Assembly (NCBI GenBank): GCA_963797095.1
Contig: CAWCNY010000004.1
Coordinates: forward strand, 416,001-480,000
DNA: 64,000 bases
Reading direction: 5' to 3'
Origin: an uncultured Chloroflexia bacterium
GTDB lineage: Bacteria > Chloroflexota > Chloroflexia > QHBQ01 > JADMIH01
The stretch's first letter is position 1; each line of letters begins with the position of its first letter. Below are positions 18,809 to 28,951 of the stretch, in pieces. The notes under the pieces were generated by a model. That model had not been told where the DNA came from. It saw nothing but the letters and a program-made list of their open reading frames with translations, and ran no database searches. The translations under genes were made by a program, and so were the position numbers.

Positions 18809-20845
18809 GTGGATATGACCTGGGAAGATCTGGCTAACTTTGGCATCACGTTGATCCTCTGGATAGCCATCACACTCCTCGTTTACTTATTGCTGTTCCG
18901 TTGGCTGCGCGTGCTGGTTGGACGTACCAGTTTCGACGCCGACAATATCGTCCTGAGCACGATCCGCGTGCCGGCGATCGTGGCTGTCGCCGCCTACGGT
19001 CTCGTGCAGGCCCTCGATCAGTGGCAGTTTGCCGCCTCCGTCACCCACTTTATCCGCGATGCCTACATTGTCATCCTGATCGCGGCCATTTCCTACCTCG
19101 GCTGGCGCATCGTCAAGGAAGTGGTCTTGCGATGGCTGTCCCGTCGCGCCAACGAAACAGACAGCAGGATAGATGACCTCGTGGTGCCGCTCATCGGCAC
19201 TGTTGGACCCCTCATCTTTTTCCTGGTAGCCCTCACCTCTATTCTCCAGTACCTCGGCATTGACGTGGGCCTGCTGGCCGCCAGCCTCGGCATCGTCGGC
19301 CTGGTGATCGGGCTGGCGTTCCAGGATTCGCTCACCAACCTCTTCAGCGGCATATACCTGATGATCGACCCATCGTTCGTGGAGAACGACCTCGTCGAGG
19401 TTGGCGGCAATGTCTACACTGTTGAGAAGGTGGGCCTGCGCATGACGCGCATGTACGACATGGAGACCCACACCCTCATCTTCGTTCCCAACAAGCAGCT
19501 CACAGGCGAGCAGATCGCCAACATCACCAGGCCCACCATCGATCTAAAGATCAAGATGTCGGTCAGTATGCCGAGTTCGACCGATCCGGTGCGTGCGATA
19601 ACCATTTTGCACGATGTGATATCCAGCCACCGCAATGTGCTGGGCATACCGGAAGTGAAGCTGGAGGCGCTTCGCAAGCGCATTGATGATCTGATCCAGC
19701 GAGACCCCGCCATCGTGCAGGGCGAACGAGCGCCCACTCTGACGGCTGCTTTCAGTGCCCTGGAAAGCTGGCTGGCGGGCGATGCAGGCACAGAAGAGGA
19801 CCATGCTCGCCTGGTCGATGTTCGTAGAGAAATGAACGATCGCCTGACCGATGCACAGACGGCGTTGCGCAAGTTGCCGCGCGGTAGGCTGGCAGGCGAT
19901 GATCTGGAGCGCCTGCACCAGGCGCTTGGGGGACACTCAAATTCTGTCGAAGAGATCAGCGAAAACCGCATAGAGCGGCTGAATAAGGCATTTGACGCGG
20001 TCAAACAGCGCTATGCTGGCCCTGAGCTGGCACCTCTGGCTGCCGCAATCACACGCCTCAATGAGTTGGACGCCGTTGAGGACGAATTGGAAGCCACCGT
20101 CAACGGCCTGGAAAAGGCCCGCGAAGCCGAATTGGACCGCCTTATGGCTGCATTGGTGTGGGCCGGCGATTGGCTTGCCGAGGAAATGATCGCACATGGG
20201 CACCGCGACGAGGCGGCCCGTATCTCTTTGTGGGTGCGAACTATGGCCGGCCTCTACTCAGAGATCGAAGCAATCGAGTCGGTAGATGGGCTGGATCGCG
20301 AGTTGGCTAAACTGGCTGATTGGCTGCGCGAGATGGAGCAGGGCGGCCTTACCAACGCCGAGCGCGCACGAATACGCACGCTGTTTGGTTCGTGGGGCGG
20401 CCTCAAGCAAATGGAGGTAAGGCGCATAAACGAATTGAGGCGCAGGGTCACACGCTGGATGGATTGGAAAGAGAAGGACACCCTCTCGCGGATCGAATAT
20501 GAAAACCTCCTTCTTCAGTGGGAGCGCAAGTTGCGCCTCCTCAGCAAAAAGATTCCCGACACAGGCATAAGAGACGAGGACGCCCTGGATACCGAGTTGG
20601 TCGCCACCCGCAAGTGGGCCCAATCGGTCCAATTCATGGAGCGCCTTCCTGAGTGGAAGCTCCCGTCCATCACCGTGCGCTCTTTCGATAGCTCCTCGAT
20701 GGAATACACGCTGATTTTCAACGTGGACGACATCAAGCAGCAGCATTTCGAGCGGGCGGCCTACGTCAAGAGCGGTATCCTCCTCGACCTCTTTGAAGCC
20801 TGCAAGCGCGAAGGAATAGAGGGTCCAAGCGCGAAAGTGGCGTAG
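18809..20845 (+). CDS. MscS-family mechanosensitive channel with large cytoplasmic insertion
   Basis: IGLAFQDSLTNLFSG, VEKVGLRMT, IFVPNK; C-terminal FDSSSMEYTL...LFEACKREGIE. Confidence 0.85.
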   Translation: MDMTWEDLANFGITLILWIAITLLVYLLLFRWLRVLVGRTSFDADNIVLSTIRVPAIVAVAAYGLVQALDQWQFAASVTHFIRDAYIVILIAAISYLGWRIVKEVVLRWLSRRANETDSRIDDLVVPLIGTVGPLIFFLVALTSILQYLGIDVGLLAASLGIVGLVIGLAFQDSLTNLFSGIYLMIDPSFVENDLVEVGGNVYTVEKVGLRMTRMYDMETHTLIFVPNKQLTGEQIANITRPTIDLKIKMSVSMPSSTDPVRAITILHDVISSHRNVLGIPEVKLEALRKRIDDLIQRDPAIVQGERAPTLTAAFSALESWLAGDAGTEEDHARLVDVRREMNDRLTDAQTALRKLPRGRLAGDDLERLHQALGGHSNSVEEISENRIERLNKAFDAVKQRYAGPELAPLAAAITRLNELDAVEDELEATVNGLEKAREAELDRLMAALVWAGDWLAEEMIAHGHRDEAARISLWVRTMAGLYSEIEAIESVDGLDRELAKLADWLREMEQGGLTNAERARIRTLFGSWGGLKQMEVRRINELRRRVTRWMDWKEKDTLSRIEYENLLLQWERKLRLLSKKIPDTGIRDEDALDTELVATRKWAQSVQFMERLPEWKLPSITVRSFDSSSMEYTLIFNVDDIKQQHFERAAYVKSGILLDLFEACKREGIEGPSAKVA

Positions 20846-20960
20846 TCGGTAGTCGGTAGTCGGAAGTTCCTGGTTCCTGGTTCAATCGCTATCAGCCGGT
20901 AGTCGCCGCTCTGCTAGGGGCTACCGGCTACCGGCTACCGGCTACCGACTACCGACTACC
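20842..20960. repeat. Heptamer tandem repeats (GTAGTCG)x3 and inverted (CTACCGR)x5
   Basis: Read directly; the two arrays are mutually complementary. Confidence 0.85.
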
Positions 20961-20986
20961 CCCTCGCCCGTCTGCTATAATAAGCT

Positions 20987-23944
20987 ATGGATGCCGTTGG
21001 CCTGAGTCTGGCGCGCCCACTAGCCCTGTTATTCCTCCTCGCGCTGGTACCTCTGGCCGTGTACCTCTCTCGCACAAGTATGGCTCTGATGAGGCCACGC
21101 AGGCGGCGCTGGAGCCTGGCCCTACGTATCGCCCTCATTACCCTGCTCGTCCTGGCTCTCTCCGGCTTGAGCGTCGTTCGTGCCGCAGACCGCCTTTCAG
21201 TGGTCTTCCTCGTTGACCGCTCGGATAGCATCTCCGCGGAAGCGCGTGCCCTCCAGGCCCAGTACATCAACTCAGCCATAGAGGGCATGAAGGAAGGCGA
21301 CGCAGCCGGGGTGGTCGTCTTTGGGGCCGATGCCCTCGTAGATCGCCCCGTGACGACCGATCACTCGCCGCCAGACCTCGTAAGCAAGCCCATTCCCACC
21401 TACAGCAACGTGGAAGATACCATCCGCCTCGGCCTATCCATCCTCCCCTCCGATACTGCGAGACGGCTAGTCCTTCTCTCTGACGGCAAGGAGAACCTGG
21501 GTAGCGCCGAATGGGCCGCAAGGCTTGCCGCGGCCAACGGCGTGCCCCTCGATGTGGTGCCCCTCTCGTCGGAGAGCGGCCCGGAGGTATGGCTTGATAA
21601 CCTGTCTGCCCCCTCTCCGGTGCGCGAAGGTGAGAGTGTATCGCTCGAAGTGAGCGTCGACAGCAGCACCGATACCACTACCACGCTCACGCTCTACGAA
21701 GACGGTCTACCCATCACCTCACAGGCTGTGACGCTCGTCAGCGGCACCAACAAGTTCGTCCAACAGCTTCCCCCTGCCACCAGGGGCTTCCATACATATT
21801 CCGCGACAGTCGATTCCCCGCAAGGGGCAGACACTCGCCGTGAAAACAACCGCTACAGCGCTTTCTCTCTCGTGCTGGGCAAGCCACACATCCTGATCGT
21901 CGAAGGTCACGACGGGGAATCGTCTGCCCTACAGGCGGCGCTCTCGCCCAGCGTGTCCGCCGATGTGGTCGCGCCGGAAGCCATGCCGCAGGACATTCCG
22001 GCCCTGGCAGGCTACGATGCCGTGATACTGGTGAACGTGCCCGCCTCCAGCCTCACCCAGGTTGGCATGGAAAACCTCCAAACCGTCGTGCGGGAGCTGG
22101 GGAAAGGGCTGATAGTGATCGGGGGCGATGAAAGTTACGCCGCCGGAGGCTACTTCCGCACACCCATAGAGGAGATGCTTCCTGTTGATCTCCATCTCCC
22201 TTCCAAACTCGATATTCCAACGGTGGCGATGGTGATGGTGATCGACAGGTCGGGCAGCATGATGGAGGCCCACGGTAGCGGAATTGGCATTGCTAAGATC
22301 GAGCTTGCCAAGGAGGCTGCCGCCCAGGCTGTAGCCCAGCTAAGCGAGCGCGACTATGCAGGAGTTATCACCTTTGACAGCGCGGCGGATTGGGTGGTCA
22401 ACCTGCAACCCCTCGGCGACCCGGCCATGTTCAAGAGCAAGATCGGGAGTATCTCAGCCGGGGGTGGCACCAATATCTATTCGGGGCTGGCACCCGCCGT
22501 CGACGCCCTGATTGCAAGCAAGGCCAAGAGCCGCCATATAGTCCTTCTGACCGACGGCGTATCCGAGCCTGGCGATTATGACGGGCTTCTCGCCAAGATG
22601 GCGGACAACAACATCACGCTTTCGACAGTTGCCGTCGGGCTCGATGCCGACACCAACCTGATGACGTACCTTGCCCAAAAGGGCAACGGCAACTACTACT
22701 ACACCGAAGACGGCAACGCTCTCCCCCAGATATTCGCCCACGAGAGCCACATAGCCTCCCGTTCCTACCTGATTGAGCATCCGTTTGTGCCTGAGCGCAC
22801 CTCGCCCTCTCCCATCCTTGACGGGCTTGGCGGCCTCCCTTCATTGCAGGGCTACGTGGGCACCTCACCCAGGCCAGGTGGGCAAATATCCCTTGTGTCC
22901 GATGCCGGGGACCCTGTGCTCGCTCAATGGCAGTACGGCCTGGGCCGGGTAGTTGCCTGGACCTCCGACGCTAAAGGCCAATGGGCCAAGGATTGGGTGG
23001 GGTGGGACGATTTCGCTCGCTTCTGGGCGCAGACCCTGAGATGGACCACGGGCACCCAGTCAGGAGGTGAATTGCAGCCTCGCATAGCGCTCGAAGGCAG
23101 TACGGCCCGCATCACAGTCGATGCGTCCTCTCCCGATGGGCAATATCTGAACGACCTGGACGTAAGCGCCGTGGCGGTCAGCCCCGGCAGCATTACCTCT
23201 ACAGTTACCCTCCGCCAGGTGGCCGCCGGGCGCTACGAAGGGACGTTCCAGGCCACCGAGGAAGGTGCCTACCTGGTGCGGGTAGGCGCGACAGGCGGCC
23301 AGGCAGGGGCCAACCTGAGCCAGACGCTTGGCGTGGTCGTGCCCTACTCACCCGAATACAAGGGCAATGCCACCGATGATGGGCTGCTGGCACGTCTCGC
23401 CACACTTACAGTCGGGCGGCAGCTTCTACTCGCTGACACCAAAGCGCCGTTTGAGCACAACATCCAGGACGTGCGTACGAGTACCGACCTTTGGCCTCTG
23501 CTTCTGCTGCTGGCTATCCTCCTTCTCCCGTTCGATATTGGAGCGCGCCGCATAAGAGTCACGCGAGCCGACCTATCGGAGTGGGTTGCCGAGGTGCGCC
23601 GCAGGTTGGGTCTTGCCCCACGCCACCCTGTACCCGTGGGTGCCGGGCAGGCCACCACACCCGAGTTGGCTGCTATGATGGGTGCGAAATCGAGGGCGCG
23701 TGACCGCAGCGCAAGCGCAAATCCACGCGCTGCCACCCGTGAACAAAAGCTGGTAGAAGAGCCGCAAACCCCCACATGGATCGCAGACCTGAACGCAAGC
23801 AATACCGGCCGTTCCCGAAGCAATGAGGTGCCGGAGTCTCCACAGCCCGTAAGGATTGAGCCATCGCCGGCACCAACGTCCGAAGCGCCAGGAGAAGACG
23901 AATCCCTGGCCGCCAGGCTACGCCGGGCGAGAGAAAGACGCTGA
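20987..23944 (+). CDS. Membrane-anchored double-VWA protein with glutamine-amidotransferase-like domains
   Basis: BatA-like N-terminus, DRSDS and DRSGS MIDAS motifs, LLSDG/LLTDG, WQYGLGRVVAWTSD, C-terminal TM helix. Confidence 0.85.
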   Translation: MDAVGLSLARPLALLFLLALVPLAVYLSRTSMALMRPRRRRWSLALRIALITLLVLALSGLSVVRAADRLSVVFLVDRSDSISAEARALQAQYINSAIEGMKEGDAAGVVVFGADALVDRPVTTDHSPPDLVSKPIPTYSNVEDTIRLGLSILPSDTARRLVLLSDGKENLGSAEWAARLAAANGVPLDVVPLSSESGPEVWLDNLSAPSPVREGESVSLEVSVDSSTDTTTTLTLYEDGLPITSQAVTLVSGTNKFVQQLPPATRGFHTYSATVDSPQGADTRRENNRYSAFSLVLGKPHILIVEGHDGESSALQAALSPSVSADVVAPEAMPQDIPALAGYDAVILVNVPASSLTQVGMENLQTVVRELGKGLIVIGGDESYAAGGYFRTPIEEMLPVDLHLPSKLDIPTVAMVMVIDRSGSMMEAHGSGIGIAKIELAKEAAAQAVAQLSERDYAGVITFDSAADWVVNLQPLGDPAMFKSKIGSISAGGGTNIYSGLAPAVDALIASKAKSRHIVLLTDGVSEPGDYDGLLAKMADNNITLSTVAVGLDADTNLMTYLAQKGNGNYYYTEDGNALPQIFAHESHIASRSYLIEHPFVPERTSPSPILDGLGGLPSLQGYVGTSPRPGGQISLVSDAGDPVLAQWQYGLGRVVAWTSDAKGQWAKDWVGWDDFARFWAQTLRWTTGTQSGGELQPRIALEGSTARITVDASSPDGQYLNDLDVSAVAVSPGSITSTVTLRQVAAGRYEGTFQATEEGAYLVRVGATGGQAGANLSQTLGVVVPYSPEYKGNATDDGLLARLATLTVGRQLLLADTKAPFEHNIQDVRTSTDLWPLLLLLAILLLPFDIGARRIRVTRADLSEWVAEVRRRLGLAPRHPVPVGAGQATTPELAAMMGAKSRARDRSASANPRAATREQKLVEEPQTPTWIADLNASNTGRSRSNEVPESPQPVRIEPSPAPTSEAPGEDESLAARLRRARERR

Positions 23945-24014
23945 TCTGCTACCTCGCCACGCGCCACCGAGTATGCTATAAAAGTACGACTTTCACACCC
24001 AGGAGGGGCATCAT

Positions 24015-24374
24015 ATGAGCGACAACGCCGTTGACACCTGCATCTTCTGCAAGCTAGCCAAGGGGCAGGTGCGCGCCGAGATCATTTTGCAAGACGACAA
24101 GCTAATCGCCTTTAGAGACATCCACCCCCAGTCCCCCGCCCACGCGCTGGTGGTCCCGCGCAAACACATCACAGCCCTGTGGGACACCGACCAGGACGAC
24201 CAAATGCTGCTGGGGCATATCCTCCTGGCATGCAATGAGGTCGCCCAGGAGTTGGGGGTAGCCGAAAGCGGCTACAGAGTTGTGATCAATTCCGGTCCAG
24301 ACGCCGGTCAGAGCGTGGATCACCTGCACTTCCATGTCCTCGGAGGGCGCACACTGCAATGGCCTCCGGGCTAG
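24015..24374 (+). CDS. Histidine triad nucleotide-binding (HIT) protein
   Basis: CIFC, AFRDIHPQ, GQSVDHLHFHVLGGR, WPPG. Confidence 0.95.
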   Translation: MSDNAVDTCIFCKLAKGQVRAEIILQDDKLIAFRDIHPQSPAHALVVPRKHITALWDTDQDDQMLLGHILLACNEVAQELGVAESGYRVVINSGPDAGQSVDHLHFHVLGGRTLQWPPG

Positions 24375-24384
24375 GATGCTCCCC

Positions 24385-26994
24385 CTACCTCGTCACGCAG
24401 TCGGGGAAGAACACCAGCACCACCATCTTGGCTGCTTGCGCCCTGGTCACATTGCTCGATGGATGGAATGTGCCATCCGGATAGCCGTTGATTGCACCCG
24501 CGTTGTACATCGTCTCAACATAGTCGTAGAAGGTCGAGCCTTCGGCAACATCGGAGAAGTGTGGGCCTCCGCCCGTGTTGACCGGTAGGACAGCCGCCAT
24601 CACGACTATCTTCGCCATCTGGCCCCTGGTAGCCTGCCCGCCCGGCCTGAAATACGGCATGCTGGCTGCCCCGCAAGGCTCACCCGGCCCCCCGCACGCG
24701 TAACCTGAAATCACACCGTGCATGTATAACTGCCCGATCCACGGGTAGAAAGTGCTTGCAGGGCTTACATCCTCAAACGACTGCTCACTCACCACATCAT
24801 CAAACCCTGCCGCCATAGCTACGATCTTCGCTATCTGGCCTCGCGTGATCTCGTTGTTGGGCCTGAACGTGCCATCGCTATACCCTCCGATGATACCGTG
24901 ACAGTAGAGACAATGCACAAAAGCATAGTACCAATCGGTTTCCGTCACATCGCTAAAGCTCATCGTGCAGCTGGTAGCTGTAGCCGTAGCAGTTGTAACG
25001 GCCGTATCGGTCGGTAACTCTATCGCGGTGCCTGTAGGCTCAATGACTGGCGTTTCGGTCGCTTCGACTGCCGTCGCTGTGCCGGTGGGGGCAGCGACCG
25101 TATTGGTGGGCGTGCTGGTCGGAGTGTCCGTGGCAACTTCTGTTGGTGTACTTGTCGGCACTGGCGTAGACGTGGGCGTGCTCGTTGATGTATGCGTCGG
25201 AGTGTTCGCAATCGCTGTATTGGTGCCGGTGGGTAGCATTGTATAGGTGGGTGCTACCGTGGGAGTGGTGAGAGGGCAGCTGGCCGTAACGGTCACATTG
25301 ATATCAACGGCGTTTGCCATATTGTCCGCCATATCGAACGCTCTGGCCTTGATCGTGACAGGGCCGCTGGACATTATGTTCCACTCGTACGACCAGTTAT
25401 CGGTCCCTCCTGCCGTGTGCCAGGTGCTGCCATTGTCCACGCTGACTTCCACGCGCTGGAGGCCGCTCCAGTAGTCATGCGCTGTACCTGTAATAGTGAT
25501 CGCGCACCCGTCGATCTCCTGCCCGTTCGCCGGGCTGGTGATCACAGGCACATCCGGATTGTAAGGGTCAAGGCTTGGGTCAGGCTGGAAGGTGTCAGTG
25601 TTCACGGCATTTACAACCAGGCCGAACTTCATGTCGCCCGCGTAGAGGCAGGTACGTTGCAGGCCGCGCAGGTTGCACGGCAGCCAATCCACACCCCACA
25701 CATCGTCCCATGAGCCGCTTGTGTCCGAGTTGAGTTGCTGCCGGAATACCTGGGTGATCGTGGGCGGGTTTTCGATGGTATTTATCAGGTTGCCCCTGAT
25801 GCCCGCTCTGTACCAGGCGTCAAGCAGCAGGTCGAGGCCCGGACCCAGAGGCTTGATAACCATATTATGGGCGCGGTTGGAAGCAGCCACACTGTCACCG
25901 CCTACGATATCGGCCACAAATTGCGGGCTGCTGATATTGGAGATGTCGTACATCTTCACTTTGCCCAGGCTGGGGTTGTTGATGAATTCATCCTGGACGA
26001 ACACGTAGCGGTCGTCGGTTGTCGGCACGGCATGGTGTATCAAGAAACTGCTGGGTCGTATCGAGTCGAGCGGGTTGAGGGGCGTGGGTGTTGCTCCACT
26101 CACAAAAGCGTTCTCATCGAATATCTGAAGGCCGCCGTCCCAGTCGGCCACGTAAACCCTGCCACGCACCACATTTGAGTCGTGCGCGAAACCCGCCGAT
26201 GGGCGCTGGTAGCGGTTGACCTCGAAGATGTTCGCCAGATTATGGATATCCAGGGCTACAATCTTGGTTCCCGACCCCGACTCGCCCGACATGGTAAGCC
26301 AGGCATAGTCTGCGTTGCCGTTTTCGTCAAGCGATACGAAATGCTCATGCACCGTACACCAGTCAGCGCCCGATTTGCGCGTGACGAACTGCGGGTTATA
26401 CGGGTCGTTCACGTTGTACACGAAGAAACCGCAACCTGTGCCGGAGCCACGCATCGTTACCGACAAATACTGGTTGCCGTTCTGCTTCCAGTCGAAAATG
26501 GAAAGCGAAGCGGTGCCGCTCGAAGGGAAGCCCTCGTCGTGGAGGAGCACCGGATTGTAGGGGTCATCAACGTTGTAGATGAAGAACATCCTGTACTCGA
26601 AGCCGGAAAGCCCTACATAGTCATGTCCCTGATATTGCCAGGTGGCGACATCCCCCATCATCCAGTAGGGGGCGCAATTCGTATACGGATAAGCAATGGC
26701 GATGGGTGAGAGGCCTGCGAATGGTGGCTCAGGGATAAGCCCGCTACAGGGGTGCGACAATCCATCTGTATCGGTGGTGATGACCCCCGGCACGCTGGCG
26801 GAAGGTGGGCCCTGGTGAAGTTTATAGGCATCGGGAAATGGTGGGGGATTGAGCAGGTGGCCCGATGAGTCCGTGTCGAAGTTCGCCTGAGATCCTGTCA
26901 TCATGCCACCCAGGCCCGACGAGGCGACCCCCGACATGAGCAAAACGATGAGCACAGCGATGCCCGCCAACACATAGAGACGCCTGAACTTCAC
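24385..26994 (-). CDS. Secreted LVIVD-repeat (choice-of-anchor B-like) protein with Ig-like domain, Thr-rich linker and three SLH domains
   Basis: Signal peptide, YNVxDPYNP repeats, HD...YVADWDGGLQIFD, VEVSVDNGSTW Ig motif, SLH FSDV...GYxDGTF. Confidence 0.8.
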   Translation of the reverse strand: MKFRRLYVLAGIAVLIVLLMSGVASSGLGGMMTGSQANFDTDSSGHLLNPPPFPDAYKLHQGPPSASVPGVITTDTDGLSHPCSGLIPEPPFAGLSPIAIAYPYTNCAPYWMMGDVATWQYQGHDYVGLSGFEYRMFFIYNVDDPYNPVLLHDEGFPSSGTASLSIFDWKQNGNQYLSVTMRGSGTGCGFFVYNVNDPYNPQFVTRKSGADWCTVHEHFVSLDENGNADYAWLTMSGESGSGTKIVALDIHNLANIFEVNRYQRPSAGFAHDSNVVRGRVYVADWDGGLQIFDENAFVSGATPTPLNPLDSIRPSSFLIHHAVPTTDDRYVFVQDEFINNPSLGKVKMYDISNISSPQFVADIVGGDSVAASNRAHNMVIKPLGPGLDLLLDAWYRAGIRGNLINTIENPPTITQVFRQQLNSDTSGSWDDVWGVDWLPCNLRGLQRTCLYAGDMKFGLVVNAVNTDTFQPDPSLDPYNPDVPVITSPANGQEIDGCAITITGTAHDYWSGLQRVEVSVDNGSTWHTAGGTDNWSYEWNIMSSGPVTIKARAFDMADNMANAVDINVTVTASCPLTTPTVAPTYTMLPTGTNTAIANTPTHTSTSTPTSTPVPTSTPTEVATDTPTSTPTNTVAAPTGTATAVEATETPVIEPTGTAIELPTDTAVTTATATATSCTMSFSDVTETDWYYAFVHCLYCHGIIGGYSDGTFRPNNEITRGQIAKIVAMAAGFDDVVSEQSFEDVSPASTFYPWIGQLYMHGVISGYACGGPGEPCGAASMPYFRPGGQATRGQMAKIVVMAAVLPVNTGGGPHFSDVAEGSTFYDYVETMYNAGAINGYPDGTFHPSSNVTRAQAAKMVVLVFFPDCVTR

Positions 26995-27229
26995 GGTTGC
27001 GCTCCTTCTTCTCCTCCCTGCTGAGGATCAACGGAATGAAAAACACTCGGGAAAGACCCATCAAATGGGCGGGCAAGAACGGCTGTGAGGACTGGGTACA
27101 ATTATGCGGGAAACCCTACCTGTAGTCAATAGCGATTTCGACCTTCATCTAACAAGCCTCAAGGTGCCCGATGTACTTGATACCACACCCGATTTTGCAC
27201 ATCCCACAAGTCGGTCGTATAATTCCGGC

Positions 27230-27553
27230 ATGGCGATGATCTCGCGCAACTGGGTACGCATACTTAGCTGGGGGCTTGTGCTTGGCCTCCTGGCCAGCCT
27301 GATCGCCGATTGGGGAGAGTGGGATCGCTTCCTGCTCAACCTGCTCTGGCGCATACTCATAACCATCGCGGGCGGCGTGATCGGGATGATCCTCAACATC
27401 TTCGCCTCAGGCTATGTCAACATGGGTACCAACGTGATCGAGAGCATGGGCATCACCCGCTTCAGCAACGACACCGCCCAGAAAATCGAGAACTCGTTTG
27501 TGTTCGTACTCGCTCTTACCGCCGCTATTCTCTCGATGATCTTCATCACCTGA
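27230..27553 (+). CDS. Small membrane protein (3 TM), hypothetical
   Basis: Hydrophobic helices, coding-like codon use; TTGCAC-17-TATAAT immediately upstream. Confidence 0.65.
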   Translation: MAMISRNWVRILSWGLVLGLLASLIADWGEWDRFLLNLLWRILITIAGGVIGMILNIFASGYVNMGTNVIESMGITRFSNDTAQKIENSFVFVLALTAAILSMIFIT

Positions 27554-27576
27554 GTTTCCGGCATCTGAAAAGCGCT

Positions 27577-27629
27577 TACTGCGTATTGCTTATTGCGTAC
27601 TGCGTATTGCGTATTGCTTATTGCTTATT
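27577..27629. repeat. Heptamer tandem repeat (TAYTGCK)n
   Basis: tactgcg tattgct tattgcg tactgcg tattgcg tattgct tattgct read directly. Confidence 0.85.
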
Positions 27630-27745
27630 CCCCTATCCCAGATCCGCCGATTACCAACTACAAATTGTAGACCCTTGGCTAGCCGCCAACCAGTTTTTTG
27701 GGATTATGTGGGTCAGACGTTGGATTCGCCCTCACTTACTTAAAT

Positions 27746-28887
27746 ACTCACCTTACGCAGCCGAAGTGTTGAATGGTAGACTAAAGGGATGACGAACAAA
27801 GAACTGCTTGATCTGTACACTGACTACCTGATAAGCTCTTTCGGTCTGACCACCGGCACGGGCTTGAGCGCATTGCTGAGTGGAAGCGTGAGCCATGACC
27901 CCATTCAACGCTTCCTCTCCAAGGGAGAGTTCACCTCTGCTGACCTGTGGCATTTTGTCAAGCCTCATGTGCGAGCCGTTGAGCAAGAAGATGGGTGCAT
28001 CATCGTGGACAACTCCATCTCGGAGAAGCCGTACACAGATGAGAACGACATCATCGCCTGGCACTATGACCACTCCAAAGGCACAACGGTCAAGGGGATA
28101 AACTTCCTCTCGGCCTTGTACCATGTGCCTGAGTTGGAGGTGTCGCTGCCCGTGGGTTTTCGGTTGGTAAGAAAGACTGAGCAGTATGTGGACCCTAAAG
28201 ACGGCAAGACCAAGCGGCGTGATCCGGTCAGCAAGAACGAGCACTATCAGGCGTTGTTGCGGCAAGCCAAGCACAACCAAGTGTTGTTCCGCTTCGTGCT
28301 CAACTTCGTGCTCAATGACGTGTGGTATGCCTCGGCGGACAATATGCGCTTCGTCAAAGTCGAATTGGAGGGGGATTTCATCATGCCTCTCAAGACCAAC
28401 CGCAAGGTGGCCTTTACCGAGGGAGACAAACGACAGGGTCGGTACATGCGTGTGGACAGTGTGCCGCTGGAGACGGGTGAGGTGCGGACGGTCTATCTTG
28501 AAGGGATAGACTTCCCCTTGATATTGGTCAAGCAACTCTTCGCAAACGAAGATGGTGGTCAAATCACCCAGTATCTGGTGTGCTCGGATGTGACATGCAC
28601 CTTCGACCAAATCACCACAATCTACCAGAGACGGTGGAACGTGGAAGAGTATCACAAGTCGCTGAAGCAGAATGCTTCTTTGGAACGCTCGCCAACTCAC
28701 ACAGTGTGCACCCAGACCAACCATTTGTTTGCCTCTTTGTGTGGGTACGTCAAGCTCGAATTGTTGAAGCTGTCCAATCATCTCAACCACTTTGCTCTAA
28801 AGAGCACTATCTACTTGCGTGCCATGCAGGTCGCCTTTGATACCTTCCGCCAACTTCAACCTGTTCGCCTGGCTGCGTAAGGTGAGT
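27746..28887 (+). mobile_element. IS701-family-like insertion sequence (~1142 bp)
   Basis: Perfect 17-bp terminal inverted repeats ACTCACCTTACGCAGCC (27746-27762) and GGCTGCGTAAGGTGAGT (28871-28887) enclosing one DDE transposase. Confidence 0.9.
27789..28880 (+). CDS. IS701-family DDE transposase, possibly inactivated
   Basis: LDLYTDYLISSF, SHD, EKPYTDEN, DVWY, YQRRWNVEEYHKSLKQ; 12-bp in-frame duplication at 28292-28315. Confidence 0.88.
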   Translation: MTNKELLDLYTDYLISSFGLTTGTGLSALLSGSVSHDPIQRFLSKGEFTSADLWHFVKPHVRAVEQEDGCIIVDNSISEKPYTDENDIIAWHYDHSKGTTVKGINFLSALYHVPELEVSLPVGFRLVRKTEQYVDPKDGKTKRRDPVSKNEHYQALLRQAKHNQVLFRFVLNFVLNDVWYASADNMRFVKVELEGDFIMPLKTNRKVAFTEGDKRQGRYMRVDSVPLETGEVRTVYLEGIDFPLILVKQLFANEDGGQITQYLVCSDVTCTFDQITTIYQRRWNVEEYHKSLKQNASLERSPTHTVCTQTNHLFASLCGYVKLELLKLSNHLNHFALKSTIYLRAMQVAFDTFRQLQPVRLAA

Positions 28888-28888
28888 T

Positions 28889-28946
28889 AATGACATTGGC
28901 AGGGCAAAACTGGACAGGTTTAGGGTCGTACTTAAGTACAGTTTTG
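28889..28946 (+). repeat. Dispersed repeat, copy B (3-prime part; the 5-prime part lies at ~27708-27745 across the IS)
   Basis: 48/58 identity to 6689-6746. Confidence 0.85.
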
Positions 28947-28951
28947 GGGAA

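Noticed and set aside
27753-28790. 345-aa ORF antisense to the transposase
   Set aside because: No recognisable motifs; reads as a codon-mirror shadow of the transposase.
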